A DNA stretch of 64,000 bases from an uncultured Chthonomonadaceae bacterium (GTDB lineage: Bacteria > Armatimonadota > Chthonomonadetes > Chthonomonadales > Chthonomonadaceae): contig CAWIEK010000001.1 in the NCBI GenBank assembly GCA_963835065.1, positions 128,001-192,000 of the forward strand. Direction: 5' to 3'. Both the position numbers and the translations under genes were made by a program. Below the pieces are notes generated by a model. That model had not been told where the DNA came from. It made no database searches and saw only the letters and a program-made list of their open reading frames with translations. Shown one piece after another: positions 43,401 through 52,763 of the stretch; within the stretch, counting starts at the first letter, position 1; each line of letters starts with the position of its first letter.

Positions 43401-43681
43401 ATGTGGAAGGCTGGGCGGCCCACAGTAAATCCGTAACGGACGTCGCCTTTTCTGCGGACGGGCGCACACTTGCAACCGGCAGCGAAGACCACACCGTCAA
43501 GTTATGGAATGTTGCCACGAAACGCGAGATGATTACATTTCGGGATCATAAGGAGGCCGTCTATAGAGTTCAGTTCTCTCCCGACGGCCGTATGCTGGCT
43601 ACGTTAGACCGTGACCATAAAATTTGCCTCTATTCTGCGGCTCTTCCGAGGGAAGTCAGCATGGACAAAGTCAGTCCCTGA
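40469..43681 (+). CDS. AAA_35 NTPase - transmembrane helix - WD40 beta-propeller protein
   Basis: YVEREAD, ARQMGKSS, LDEID, TPFNIG, TGGHPYLTQ; TM FRALFVSGGILAAIALCGMVAFI; LRGWEW; a dozen or more FSPDG/WD repeats. Confidence 0.9.
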   Translation: MSSFPSDFRAQFYTCGGTMTGDDPSYVEREADAELFAALRQGQFCYVLTARQMGKSSLMVRASRRLQAALRPEAGAVALLDLSAIGQNASEESWYYTLLTQMGKRLGLSGEMRELWRAQTDLPPLQRWIMGIEEIVLKRFSGPVVIFLDEIDMVRGLTFKTDEFFIAIRALYNRRALEPGLERLTFCLLGVATPSDLIQDAQLTPFNIGKRIELTDFSLEEAAVLKWGMSGEELLSDMLLKRVLYWTGGHPYLTQCLCQAISKNPSHQTTEAVDELCDGMFLSGGAREKDINLQFVRDRLLKSAGDIAAILELYRQVLSGHRVADSEADQRISVLRLSGVARVIDRHLAVRNRIYARVFNREWILAHMPDAELRRQKAAYRKGIFRALFVSGGILAAIALCGMVAFIQWRHAVAEGLRASAEGLRASAEHRRAEGLRYTSDMALAQIYYDRQQYRRLAQALTDHLPSPEEKEDLRGWEWGYYWQRMHRDLHTFQHKGKGIVYSIAFSPDGKMLASSNGDGSIRFWDTMSKREMPPGLDEHNDEALSEVFSIAFSPKDSNLLASCSADGTIKLWDVAARRVRKTFSFGAAVNALAFSPDGKYLAAGDAKGVLSRLDMASGRVTPWQGGKEDAINAVAFSPDGRWLVAGYAPSGKIRLLEASSQRAIDLAPSSAQGHIYSTAISPDNRALAIGRNDGTTEIWDIPSRHRVNTLHGHTDTVHGLAFSPDGKCLATGSWDNTIRLWNLAERKTIHTFIGHTSRVTCVAFSRDGSVLASGAGNEVKFWDTRRLEDNPRMLNWPVNLKMEGYAQELAFNANSVPNLWIRKSHPSALTLFDLTDWRKRQSLEMPANPGSAAFSPDHKMLAMGSNDGTVRLQDLQTGKVKSCFPVDARAKERRQIDVCSLAFSSDGKLLAAASGDPAVVTLWEVATQRLIGQFQHSNAAQRIAFSPQGTLLAVANWQGHVFVWNYAAHTGKVEVKDVEGWAAHSKSVTDVAFSADGRTLATGSEDHTVKLWNVATKREMITFRDHKEAVYRVQFSPDGRMLATLDRDHKICLYSAALPREVSMDKVSP

Positions 43682-43715
43682 ACCGAATACCTAATCAGTT
43701 GATCAATTCAGTTGA

Positions 43716-43994
43716 TCAATGTGGGGCGCGCAGGGATGGCAGCCTGCTGAGTTTGAGCTGCTTCTGGTTACGCGCCTGTGAGGGGCTAAGTTCGTCCTTC
43801 GCGCCGATGCCGCTCCAATGGATGACAGCAGCGCCGAGACATACCAAAGCGACCCCGGCGATAGCCACCGCATGAGGCAGTTTCAAACCGGCAAGCGGTA
43901 TGGTATCGGCGTCGGGCAGGGATTTTGGCTTACCCGGCGTGGAAATAACCCCGTTCTTGCTGTGGCCGCGATGAATGGTGACAAGTTTTGCCAT
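43716..43994 (-). CDS. Small single-TM protein downstream of the DUF1559 gene
   Basis: GAGGA RBS; one hydrophobic helix. Confidence 0.6.
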   Translation of the reverse strand: MAKLVTIHRGHSKNGVISTPGKPKSLPDADTIPLAGLKLPHAVAIAGVALVCLGAAVIHWSGIGAKDELSPSQARNQKQLKLSRLPSLRAPH

Positions 43995-44029
43995 TGTGTT
44001 TTCCTCTTCAAGCGAAGCGTTTATTCGCG

Positions 44030-44887
44030 TCAATTGGGCCAGAACGTCGTAAGATTAGCCTGCGCTTGCAGGTACGCCAGGCACGTTCGCGAGGCTCCGG
44101 GGTAGGCCGGCCCGTCCGGGTTGGCGCACCACTTCCCATAGTCCTCGGCATGTTTGGGAAAGGCGACGGTTGTGCCATCGGAGTAGACGCCGCCCTGCCA
44201 GGGCAGGGATTTGGCATGACCATCCGCATACAGCATGTTGAACTGGCCGCGATGCCGCAAGTCGCTGTTGCGGCTGCCGGCGAAATTACTCAGGATCGCA
44301 TTCCAAACCACTGTGTAGAACGGATAGTCGTAGGTATCTCCGAAGGCGAAGGTGTCGGCAGGAGCCACGAGCGCCGCGAGGGACTGGCCGGGAGCCACAT
44401 ACACGCTGCCTGTCTGGGATAGAGCCTGCACCAATCCCCCGCCCGCATAAACGTTGACGCCGAAGTTGTAGCCATAGCCCAGGCAGCGGTCACTGCGAAA
44501 CCCGACTTCGGTAAATCCAAGACTGTTGCAATCCTTTGCGGTTCGGTCAGGACAAAAGAAAACTTCCTCATTGTTGATATAGGAATGGAGAGCGGTGGAA
44601 ATGTCATAGGCGAGATTGGACGGCGCGCTCCCGACCAGAACTAACGTCGGGTAAGTCTCATCGTTGTCCTGCGCGTACATACTCAGCGCGCTGCCAAGCT
44701 GCCGGGTATTGCTCAGGCAGGCCGTTTTGCGCGCGCTTGCCCGCACTTGCGCAAAGACAGGAAAGAGGATCGCGGCCAGTATCGCAATAATCGCGATGAC
44801 CACAAGCAATTCTATGAGCGTGAAGCCCTGATGCCGCCCTCGCAGGGCAGGCAAACCGCAAGGGACAGACGGGGAAAAAGGGCGCAT
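44030..44887 (-). CDS. DUF1559 prepilin-type N-methylation / H-X9-DG protein
   Basis: [49 protein letters not shown]. Confidence 0.92.
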   Translation of the reverse strand: MRPFSPSVPCGLPALRGRHQGFTLIELLVVIAIIAILAAILFPVFAQVRASARKTACLSNTRQLGSALSMYAQDNDETYPTLVLVGSAPSNLAYDISTALHSYINNEEVFFCPDRTAKDCNSLGFTEVGFRSDRCLGYGYNFGVNVYAGGGLVQALSQTGSVYVAPGQSLAALVAPADTFAFGDTYDYPFYTVVWNAILSNFAGSRNSDLRHRGQFNMLYADGHAKSLPWQGGVYSDGTTVAFPKHAEDYGKWCANPDGPAYPGASRTCLAYLQAQANLTTFWPN

Positions 44888-45002
44888 GGGCACGTTCCTA
44901 TTCAGGGCGCGTTCTATACACGCCGTCAAAAACAAAGATAGCAGAGTATTGGCGGCTGAACCCGTAAACTTTATCCCTCCGGCACAGTATCTTTAGAAAG
45001 GG

Positions 45003-47852
45003 CTAGGCCGCTTTGCTGAATTCGTTCGGGGTTTCCGCAGGAACGGGCGATGCCGGCAAGCGCTGTTTGCGCGCGGCGCGCAGGAACGCGGCGGCGATTA
45101 CGGGATCGAACTGTGTTCCCGCATTGGCGCGCACTTCCGCAAACGCCACTTCCCAATCCATGCCGCGCCGATAGGGGCGGTGCGTGGTCATGGCGCTGAC
45201 CGCATCGGCCACCGCCGCAATGCGTCCCAGGAGGGGAATGGCCTCGCCCTGCAATCCATCGGGATAGCCTTTTCCATCCCAGCGCTCATGGTGCGAACGT
45301 ACCACGTCCACAACGTTTTTCATGTCCGGCAGAGAGCCGACGATGAGCGCGCCCAGCAAGGGATGCTGTTTCAGAATATCGTATTCTTCGTCTGTCAAAC
45401 GCCCCGGTTTGCGCAGTATCTCGTCGGGAACGCCGATCTTCCCGACGTCATGGAGCAGCCCGCCGATACGCAAAGCCCGCAGCGTTTCCTCGGACAGTCC
45501 CATTTCTTCCGCAATCCAGAGCGCGTACTCGGTAACGTCTTCGGAATGTCGGCGCGTATAGCGGTCTTTGTTGTCCACAGCGGAAACCATCGAATCCAGA
45601 ACGCCATAAGAAGCCTCGACCCGGAACTCGCGGTTGGCGCGCTGAAATGGGGTGCTGCGTCCGATGCTGTCTCCCGACAGCTTGGCCGTATACAGGTTTT
45701 TATCGGCGATTGTCAACAATTCATGGCGGTTGCCGCTGTCATCAGGAAACGACGCGAGGCCGAAACTGAGGGTAATGGGAATAACGCGCTCGTCGCTGTC
45801 GCGGCGAAATCCCTCCGCCATGAGATGCGCGCTCATGCGCTCGGCGATCTGCACGGCCGTTTCCGGCGTAATGCCCGGCATGACGACGATGAATTCGTCG
45901 CCTCCATAGCGCCCCAGGCTGGCGGTGGACGGGCACTCCGCCCGCATGGTTTCCGCCACGCGCCGCAGCACCTGATCGCCGATGGGATGGCCGTAGGTGT
46001 CATTGAACAGCTTGAAATTGTTCAAATCCAGCATCATCACCGCAACGGGCTGATTGCTGTCCCGCGCCTGTACCAGCGCTTTGTCCAGGCGCTGGTGCAT
46101 GGCGCGGTGATTGAGCAGGCCCGTTACGGGGTCACAATCCGCTGCGGCCACTGCCGTCCCGTACAAACGCGCATTTTCCAGAGCCGTTGCTACGGCCAGC
46201 CCGATATTTTGCAGCAGTTCGGCTTCCGCCGGTTCAAAGCCGGATTGCCAGCGGAGGATGCCGATCATGCCGCGCAGCCGATGCTGCCATAACAACGGGG
46301 CGCGGAGGCAGTAACCCTCCCCGGCTTCCCCGTTCCAATCCGAAGCCGCGTGATCGCCCGGCGCGCTGCTTGTTGTGGCGGAGGGCGGCAAGCCCGCTAT
46401 TCCCGGCAGCGGCAGCGCGATCACCTCGGTTTGCGCAAGCACGGGCAATTGTTCCAGATAGGAAAGCATTGCAGGTAACATGGTGGTCTTGCCGACCGGC
46501 AGCATTGCGGCGCGAGTGTTCGCTTCCTGCGCGTTTTCCGACTCCTCAGCCCCGGCTTCGCACAGCCATATCACGACGGCATCCGCCTGAAAAGCCTCCT
46601 GCGCCTGCTCCCCGGCCAGCGTCAGCACCTCTTCCACCTTCAGCGTATTATTGACAGCCGTATTGATCCGCAGCAGGGCGCTGAGTTGTTGGGTGCGCCG
46701 CGCGACCCTGTGTTCCAGCGTTTCATTGAACGTCACCAGTTGCCGGGATAACTGCCGGTTTTCGAGCAGCGTGAAAACCTGTCGCAGCAGCACAAGCAGC
46801 AGCATGAGCAGGCCGATACTCAGCGTTTCATTGCTGATCTGTTTGTTGCCATGCGAGTAGTCATGCACAGAAATGATAAGGAAGGCGCCCAGACTGGCGA
46901 CGTAGGGCATGAACATCGAAACCAGGCGCGGAACAACCATGAAGGTATAACTTTTGGACGCTTTGCTGCCCTCGATACTCAAATCATCGGCTTTGCAGAA
47001 GGGAATCAGCGCGGCAAGGCCAATCGAAACAGACCCAAGCGGCCAGCCTACATCCGTCCAGGAACCATCATGAAACGCGCTGTGCAGGCGGGAAAAGGCG
47101 TAAACGAGGTCGGCGAATGTCCACGCGACGATGCCGCCAACCAGAAACAGCAGCGAACGCCGCAGATTGCGGTTTGTGGAAGGGCTGTTAAAAAGGACGA
47201 TAGCGCCAAAAACAGCGGCGAAGTCGCCAAGCGGATACGCGACGCTGGCGAGTTTTCCCAGGTGCGAAACCCCGGACTGCTGCCAGATGCGCTCCACCAG
47301 AAAATACCAGCCCAGAGCGGCCAGGCTGCTGTTGGCAATCGCGCTGTCGAGCAGCAGGCGCATGCGCCCGGCCTGGGGCATGCTGCCGAATAAGGCCAGC
47401 ACACCCCCGATGAGCAGGGGGAAAACAAGCAGCCAGGCGGCGTCGTCCCATCCGGGAAACGGCGCTTCCATGCGCTGTGTGCCGACACGATGCATGCCGA
47501 CATAATAAAAATAGATGACGTCGCCGACGGAATAGGCCAGGCACGCGAGGCCAATCAGCAGCCAGCCGCGCTGACGCGCTACGCTGCTGTGACGTCCAAA
47601 GCAGGCATACACAAGGTTACAAAGCGCAGCAAACAGATGCGGGCCGATTTGCAAAAAGTATTCAAACGTTTGCCCCAAAGTACCCCGTCCGCCTTGCGCT
47701 ATGCAGAGCAAGAGATACAGGAGCGGGAAGCCCATAGCGCTCAGGAAGGCGGCGTATTTATGTCGGGACCACGTTAAAGTTCGCATGTTTCCAATCGTAT
47801 CTGTATCTGTACCAATGGGAACCTGGCAGGATAGGTTTAAGGCAAGTACCAT
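45003..47852 (-). CDS. Multi-TM sensor - GAF - GGDEF - HD-GYP protein
   Basis: About 9-10 TM helices; GRYGGDEF; LLHDVGK, HHERWDG.GYP; start may be 47786. Confidence 0.92.
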   Translation of the reverse strand: MVLALNLSCQVPIGTDTDTIGNMRTLTWSRHKYAAFLSAMGFPLLYLLLCIAQGGRGTLGQTFEYFLQIGPHLFAALCNLVYACFGRHSSVARQRGWLLIGLACLAYSVGDVIYFYYVGMHRVGTQRMEAPFPGWDDAAWLLVFPLLIGGVLALFGSMPQAGRMRLLLDSAIANSSLAALGWYFLVERIWQQSGVSHLGKLASVAYPLGDFAAVFGAIVLFNSPSTNRNLRRSLLFLVGGIVAWTFADLVYAFSRLHSAFHDGSWTDVGWPLGSVSIGLAALIPFCKADDLSIEGSKASKSYTFMVVPRLVSMFMPYVASLGAFLIISVHDYSHGNKQISNETLSIGLLMLLLVLLRQVFTLLENRQLSRQLVTFNETLEHRVARRTQQLSALLRINTAVNNTLKVEEVLTLAGEQAQEAFQADAVVIWLCEAGAEESENAQEANTRAAMLPVGKTTMLPAMLSYLEQLPVLAQTEVIALPLPGIAGLPPSATTSSAPGDHAASDWNGEAGEGYCLRAPLLWQHRLRGMIGILRWQSGFEPAEAELLQNIGLAVATALENARLYGTAVAAADCDPVTGLLNHRAMHQRLDKALVQARDSNQPVAVMMLDLNNFKLFNDTYGHPIGDQVLRRVAETMRAECPSTASLGRYGGDEFIVVMPGITPETAVQIAERMSAHLMAEGFRRDSDERVIPITLSFGLASFPDDSGNRHELLTIADKNLYTAKLSGDSIGRSTPFQRANREFRVEASYGVLDSMVSAVDNKDRYTRRHSEDVTEYALWIAEEMGLSEETLRALRIGGLLHDVGKIGVPDEILRKPGRLTDEEYDILKQHPLLGALIVGSLPDMKNVVDVVRSHHERWDGKGYPDGLQGEAIPLLGRIAAVADAVSAMTTHRPYRRGMDWEVAFAEVRANAGTQFDPVIAAAFLRAARKQRLPASPVPAETPNEFSKAA

Positions 47853-47955
47853 TGTCGGCGCAAGATCAGGGGAACTTGAGAACAGGGAACACAGAAAGAA
47901 GGGAACAATTTTCGACGGCCAAATATTTTACCGTCAAAAATTTGTCGTCAAAGAC

Positions 47956-47984
47956 TTGACATAACGCTGTCAAACGAGTATACT
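47956..47984 (+). promoter_or_regulatory. Near-consensus sigma70 promoter overlapped by a palindrome
   Basis: TTGACA-N17-TATACT; TTGACA-N6-TGTCAA at 47956-47973. Confidence 0.7.
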
Positions 47985-48253
47985 GGCAAAGTTGCGGTAC
48001 ATTCCAGGCAGTTTACTTCCTACGATCTTTGCTATGATCTTTCTTCTCCAAACTCCTGGGTATCGTGGCGCGAAGCGTTCCTCTTTTTTATTTAGCCTTG
48101 TATTCAGCCTTGTTTTGCGCCCCGTCAGCGCTTCCTCGATCCCACGCCGGATTAGAAGGAATGGTAGACCCCTCGAATCGCCTCTTGCAGTGGAAACGGC
48201 TTTGATCAGCCCTGCCGCTGCCATCCTGCTTTCAAGGAAGGTCGCTATTCGTC

Positions 48254-49597
48254 ATGTTTACCACGGACTCCATGGTTCCTGTTTTGCCCGCCAACAGCGC
48301 TCTCAACAAGAGCGTGGCGCATTTTGCCCGGCCCTCCGGCCCGGATTTGCTGGCCCGCACGGAAGCCTTCGCGCGCTGGCGCGACGCGCGCCAGGCAAAC
48401 GAGGTCTGGCCTTACTCGCGCGCCATACTCTCCTCGCCCGATGCCCACTGCGCCATACGCAACGAATCGGGCCGCTGTTCGGAAGGCATCAACTTCGCCA
48501 ATACGGACTATCTCGGCCTGTCCACGCATCCCCTGATCCGCGAAGCGGCTGTTCGCGCCATTTACGAATACGGCCCGCACAGTCCCAGTTCCCCGATGCT
48601 GCAAGGCAACACAGGGCTGTCGCTGGCGCTGGAAGCCGCGTTGAGCGAATGGCTGCAAATGGAGCATGTGGCGCTGTTCACCACAGGATGGGGAGCGGGG
48701 TTCGGCTGCATTACGGCGCTCGTGCGGCCCGCCGACCACGTCATTCTGGACAACCTGGCGCATGCCTGTCTGCAACAGGGCGCGCAGGCCGCCACGCAGA
48801 ACATCCATCGCCATGCCCATCTCGACATTGACGGCGTAATAAAGCATCTGCAAGCCATTCGCCAAACCGACAGCAAGAACGGCATTTTGGTGGTGTCGGA
48901 GGGGCTGTTCTCCATGGACTCGGACTGCCCCGACCTTATGCGCTTGCAGCGGGTTTGCCGGGAGTACGAGGCGACCCTGATGGTGGATGTGGCGCATGAC
49001 CTGGGGTGCATGGGGCCGGACGGAACGGGCACAATCGGGGCGCAGCAGATGTTAGGCCAGATTGACCTCGTGATGGGCGCTTTCTCCAAGTCGTTCGGCA
49101 CGAACGGCGGCTTTGTCGCCACGCGGTCTCATGCGGTTCGGCACTACATCAAGACGTATGGCGGTTCGCATCTGTTTTCTACCGCCATGTCGCCCGTGCA
49201 GGCCGCTGTCGCGCTGGAAGCCATTCGGATCATCCAGTCGCCGGAGGGCGAACAGTTACGCGCCCGCATGATGCAGAATGTGCATGCCCTGCGCAACGCC
49301 TTTATCCCTTACGGCATTGCCTGCATGGGCGAGCCGACGCCGATTGTGCCGGTTCCCATCGGCAACGAAAAACTCGCCCGCGTGTCCAGCGCGCTGCTGT
49401 TTGCCTCCAATGTCTTCGCCAACCTGGTGGAATTCCCCGCCGTCGCGGTCGGCAGCGCCCGCTTCCGTATGCAGGTAATGTCCACCCATTCCGAAGAAGA
49501 CGTCCGAATTGGAGCCAAATCCGTTTGCGAGGCTATCTCCCAGGCCCATGACCTGCTGAACGTACCCGAAGAGGCGGTAGTGCAGGTGAGACTCTAA
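48254..49597 (+). CDS. PLP-dependent alpha-oxoamine synthase (BioF/Kbl/SPT/CqsA superfamily)
   Basis: NFANTDYLGL, D.LAHAC, EGLFSMD, DVAHDLG, GAFSKSFG (PLP lysine), FPAV. Confidence 0.9.
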   Translation: MFTTDSMVPVLPANSALNKSVAHFARPSGPDLLARTEAFARWRDARQANEVWPYSRAILSSPDAHCAIRNESGRCSEGINFANTDYLGLSTHPLIREAAVRAIYEYGPHSPSSPMLQGNTGLSLALEAALSEWLQMEHVALFTTGWGAGFGCITALVRPADHVILDNLAHACLQQGAQAATQNIHRHAHLDIDGVIKHLQAIRQTDSKNGILVVSEGLFSMDSDCPDLMRLQRVCREYEATLMVDVAHDLGCMGPDGTGTIGAQQMLGQIDLVMGAFSKSFGTNGGFVATRSHAVRHYIKTYGGSHLFSTAMSPVQAAVALEAIRIIQSPEGEQLRARMMQNVHALRNAFIPYGIACMGEPTPIVPVPIGNEKLARVSSALLFASNVFANLVEFPAVAVGSARFRMQVMSTHSEEDVRIGAKSVCEAISQAHDLLNVPEEAVVQVRL

Positions 49598-49735
49598 ACA
49601 GTTGATAGTTGATAGTTCGTAGTTGATAGCAAGGCAGGCCGTACGAACTGTCAGCGCCCCGCTGCTCAGGAAACCTGAAGTCAGGCGCTTCTTTACCTGG
49701 CCTCATATAGCGCTGAAGCCTTATCTTCTAAATCC

Positions 49736-49777
49736 AACACTGCTGACCTCGCAAGAATTTGCGAGGTCAGCAGTGTT
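49736..49777. repeat. Perfect 19-bp-stem palindrome
   Basis: AACACTGCTGACCTCGCAA-GAAT-TTGCGAGGTCAGCAGTGTT. Confidence 0.8.
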
Positions 49778-49799
49778 TATCAAGAACCAGGACACATGG

Positions 49800-50042
49800 A
49801 TGGAAGAAACTATTTTCGAGGAGACTGCCCGGCAGTATGAACAAGTGGCCGCTGAACTGGAACAGGCTGCCCGGCACATGAAAACTACCGCGCGTCATCT
49901 TCGGGAGCGTGAGGTTCCGCGCGGCTGCGCGCATGCGTTTGCCGGTTACGGGCATCTCTGCAAGGCGCAGGAACTGGTTCAGGAATTGGCTATACGCCAT
50001 TCGGCGCACTCGCAGCCGCTGCCGGAACCGTCAGACACCTGA
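49800..50042 (+). CDS. Small helical hypothetical protein
   Basis: AGGA RBS; AAELEQAARH...EVPRGCAHAFA. Confidence 0.7.
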   Translation: MEETIFEETARQYEQVAAELEQAARHMKTTARHLREREVPRGCAHAFAGYGHLCKAQELVQELAIRHSAHSQPLPEPSDT

Positions 50043-50104
50043 CGTGGCCTGAAGCCATCATGCCATGACGCTCCAAACCGTTCCTCGCAACTGATTTTTG
50101 GGCA

Positions 50105-51355
50105 TTACAGGCGGACGGGCGCGCGTTTTCCAGTGGGAATTCCCGCCGCGTTCGTTTCCTGCGGCCCCTGGCTGAACAGATCGTAATCCGCGCCGCTGCG
50201 CTGGTAGCGCAGGCTTTCGCCGGTGAACGGGTCAACGGCCAAAGCGCCGAGACGCAATTGCGACAGGCTGTTGGGCAGGCTGTTATGTTCCCAGCGGTAG
50301 CGGCGAGCGGCGGCATGGACGCCCAGCAGTCGTATCATGGCGTTGATGCGGTCGTACCTCTCCACGACAGTCCCGATATCCAGCGTAACCAGGGAGAACA
50401 AAGTGCCGCCGAGGGATTTCACGTTTGCCTTGTTCATGGGCAGGCGCTCTTTGACGGGACGCTTGAGATTGGCGGCGACGGCATCGTAATGGGCGGCAAT
50501 CAAGCCTTTGGCCTGGTCAATGGCCTGGCCGAGTTCCAGAGGATGCAGTTCCAGATAATCCAGCAGGTTTTGGGCGTCCGCCTGCTCGTGTTCATCCCCG
50601 GAGGAAGAATGTTGAAGCAGTTCCTCCAGGCCTTTGAGATCACTGCGCTTGTTTTCCAGTGAGCGCAGCGACTCTTGCCGATTCCCATTGAGCAACGCGG
50701 CGGTGGGCGAGGGCCATTCCAGGCACTCCTCCATCAGTCGCTGTACGCGCCCGCATTGATACTCGGAAAGCATGTCCAGATGGGCGCTGAAGCCTTTCAG
50801 CACAATGGTCTCAATGGAAACGCCGACAAGCCCGCTGATGACCGTATCGGTTTGTACGCGATACCCGAAGCGCAGGCCATCGCTGAGGACGTCAATGGCC
50901 GCATCCACGCGCCCATTCGCAAAGTAAACTTCCATTTGCGTGTTGAGCAGACGCGCCAGTTGGCGGAACAGGGAGAGTTCGGGATAAACGGTGGCGTCGT
51001 CCGGCAGTTGATGGGGAGAGACGGAGGGTTTGTTCAGCCCGTCGCGCACCAATTGCAGCGCCTTTTGTATCTGCGGGTCGGCCATCAAGCGCCGCTTCAG
51101 TGTCAGCGTTGTCGGCAGCGGCTCCGTCGCCGCATACACTTCTTTGTTGCCCTGAATCACATCACACGCCTGCACCCAATCCTCATACCCGTTTGCACCG
51201 GACGGCTGCGCGAACAGGCGCGAAAACACGGTTGGCCGGGAAGGTTTCGGTTCCTCCTGCGCCCGCGCAGGGCCACATAGCAGGGCAATCCCCACGCCCA
51301 CGCCAACATACATGCTGCCCACACCTATAAGGAAAAGAGCGGATTGCGCGCGCAT
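50105..51355 (-). CDS. Exported hypothetical protein with a pseudopilin-like C-terminal motif
   Basis: GGAGGT RBS; signal peptide; LP.SL..L...DPFTG..LRY...LFSQGP. Confidence 0.7.
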   Translation of the reverse strand: MRAQSALFLIGVGSMYVGVGVGIALLCGPARAQEEPKPSRPTVFSRLFAQPSGANGYEDWVQACDVIQGNKEVYAATEPLPTTLTLKRRLMADPQIQKALQLVRDGLNKPSVSPHQLPDDATVYPELSLFRQLARLLNTQMEVYFANGRVDAAIDVLSDGLRFGYRVQTDTVISGLVGVSIETIVLKGFSAHLDMLSEYQCGRVQRLMEECLEWPSPTAALLNGNRQESLRSLENKRSDLKGLEELLQHSSSGDEHEQADAQNLLDYLELHPLELGQAIDQAKGLIAAHYDAVAANLKRPVKERLPMNKANVKSLGGTLFSLVTLDIGTVVERYDRINAMIRLLGVHAAARRYRWEHNSLPNSLSQLRLGALAVDPFTGESLRYQRSGADYDLFSQGPQETNAAGIPTGKRAPVRL

Positions 51356-51554
51356 TAGGTACCTCCATCCGGCCAGGCGTCTTCTTGAAAATAAGAGGAT
51401 GTCCTGTACGCTGATAACATATACCGCATCACCCGCGCAAAATCCTTCCCGGCATTGGCTGCATTTATTGAAGGAAGCGGGGGAATGAATGTTCAATATA
51501 GGCGACAGAACGCACTCAACCATGGAAATGTGAGATATAAAGGAATCAACGAAG

Positions 51555-52702
51555 ATGAAGCAGAAGGAAAATGGGAACTTGCAGGAGTCGGGCGCGGTGA
51601 AGGGGGCAAGCGCGGCTGAATTGGAAAGGGATGGCAGCCATGCCGCGCCTCCCACCCAAATGACGCGGCGTGAAGTGCTTGCGGGGGGCGCAGTCCTGAC
51701 CGCTGTGGCGATTGGCGAAACGGCGAGCGGCCAACAGCGCAAGCCCACGCTCTACCAGGCCACGCAGGACTTTCTTGCCACGCTGGATGCCGACCAAAAG
51801 CAAAAGGCCGTTCTTGCCTTCAACACGGAGGAGCGGCTGAACTGGTATTACGTGCCGAAAGAGCGCAAGGGCCTGCACTACAAGGACATGAACGCCGCGC
51901 AGCAGCAGGCCGCGCATGCCCTGCTGCTCGTCGGGTTGAGCCAGAGCGGATACAAGAAGGTGGAAACGATCCGGCAGTTGGAAAACGTCCTGCGCGAAAT
52001 GGAAAACGGCAAAGGCCCGCCCGCGATCCCGGCCTGTACTACTTCACCGTTTTCGGGGAGCCTGCCGCCAGAGGGACGTGGGGATTGCGCTACGAGGGGC
52101 ATCACGTTTCGCTGAACTGGACATCGCTCAAAGGCAAAATCATCGCCAGCAGCCCGCAGTTTTTGGGCAGCAACCCCGCCGAAGTCCGTTCGGGCGCGCA
52201 AAAGGGAACGCGCGTTCTCGCCGCCGAAGAAGACCTGGCCCGCGCCCTCGTGAAATCCCTCAATGCGGAGCAGCGCAAGGACGCGGTTGTGAGCGAGACG
52301 GCTCCGGGCGACATTGTCTCCACCAATGCGCGTAAGGCGGGCATTCTGGAAGACAAAGGCATTGCGTACAGCCAGTTGAACAAGGAGCAGCAGGGGATGT
52401 TTCTCAGCCTGCTGCAAGAGTACGCCCATGTGCAGGTTGAGGAGATAGCCCGGCAGCGACTGGACGCCATACGCAAAGCGGGCATCGCGCAGGTGAAATT
52501 CGCGTGGATGGGCGGCCTGGAACGGGGCCAGCCGCACTACTATCGCATACAGGGCGCGACCTTCTTAGTGGAGTACGACAACACCCAAAACGACGCCAAC
52601 CACATCCATACCGTGTGGCGCGACTTCAAAGGCGATTGGGGCGCCGACCTCCTCGCCCTCCACTACCACACCGCCGACCACGATCATGGGCATGATGTCT
52701 GA
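51555..52702 (+). CDS. DUF3500 family protein, one frameshift near 52021
   Basis: Tat-like TRREVL; W.YVP..RKG; restored RDPGLYYFTVFG..WG.RYEGHH; EYDNTQNDANHIHTVWRD. Confidence 0.88.
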
Positions 52703-52703
52703 G

Positions 52704-52763
52704 TAGCTGATAGTTCACAGTTGATAGTTGATAGGGATACCAAGATTATCAACTATCAACTAC
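52704..52763. repeat. 7-bp (TAGTTGA) tandem repeats in inverted arrangement
   Basis: agttgatagttgatag ... tatcaactatcaacta; related arrays at about 5048-5097 and 49600-49629. Confidence 0.75.

Noticed and set aside
48254..49597. Calling the gene bioF or cqsA
   Set aside because: The motifs place it only at superfamily level; the substrate cannot be read from the sequence.
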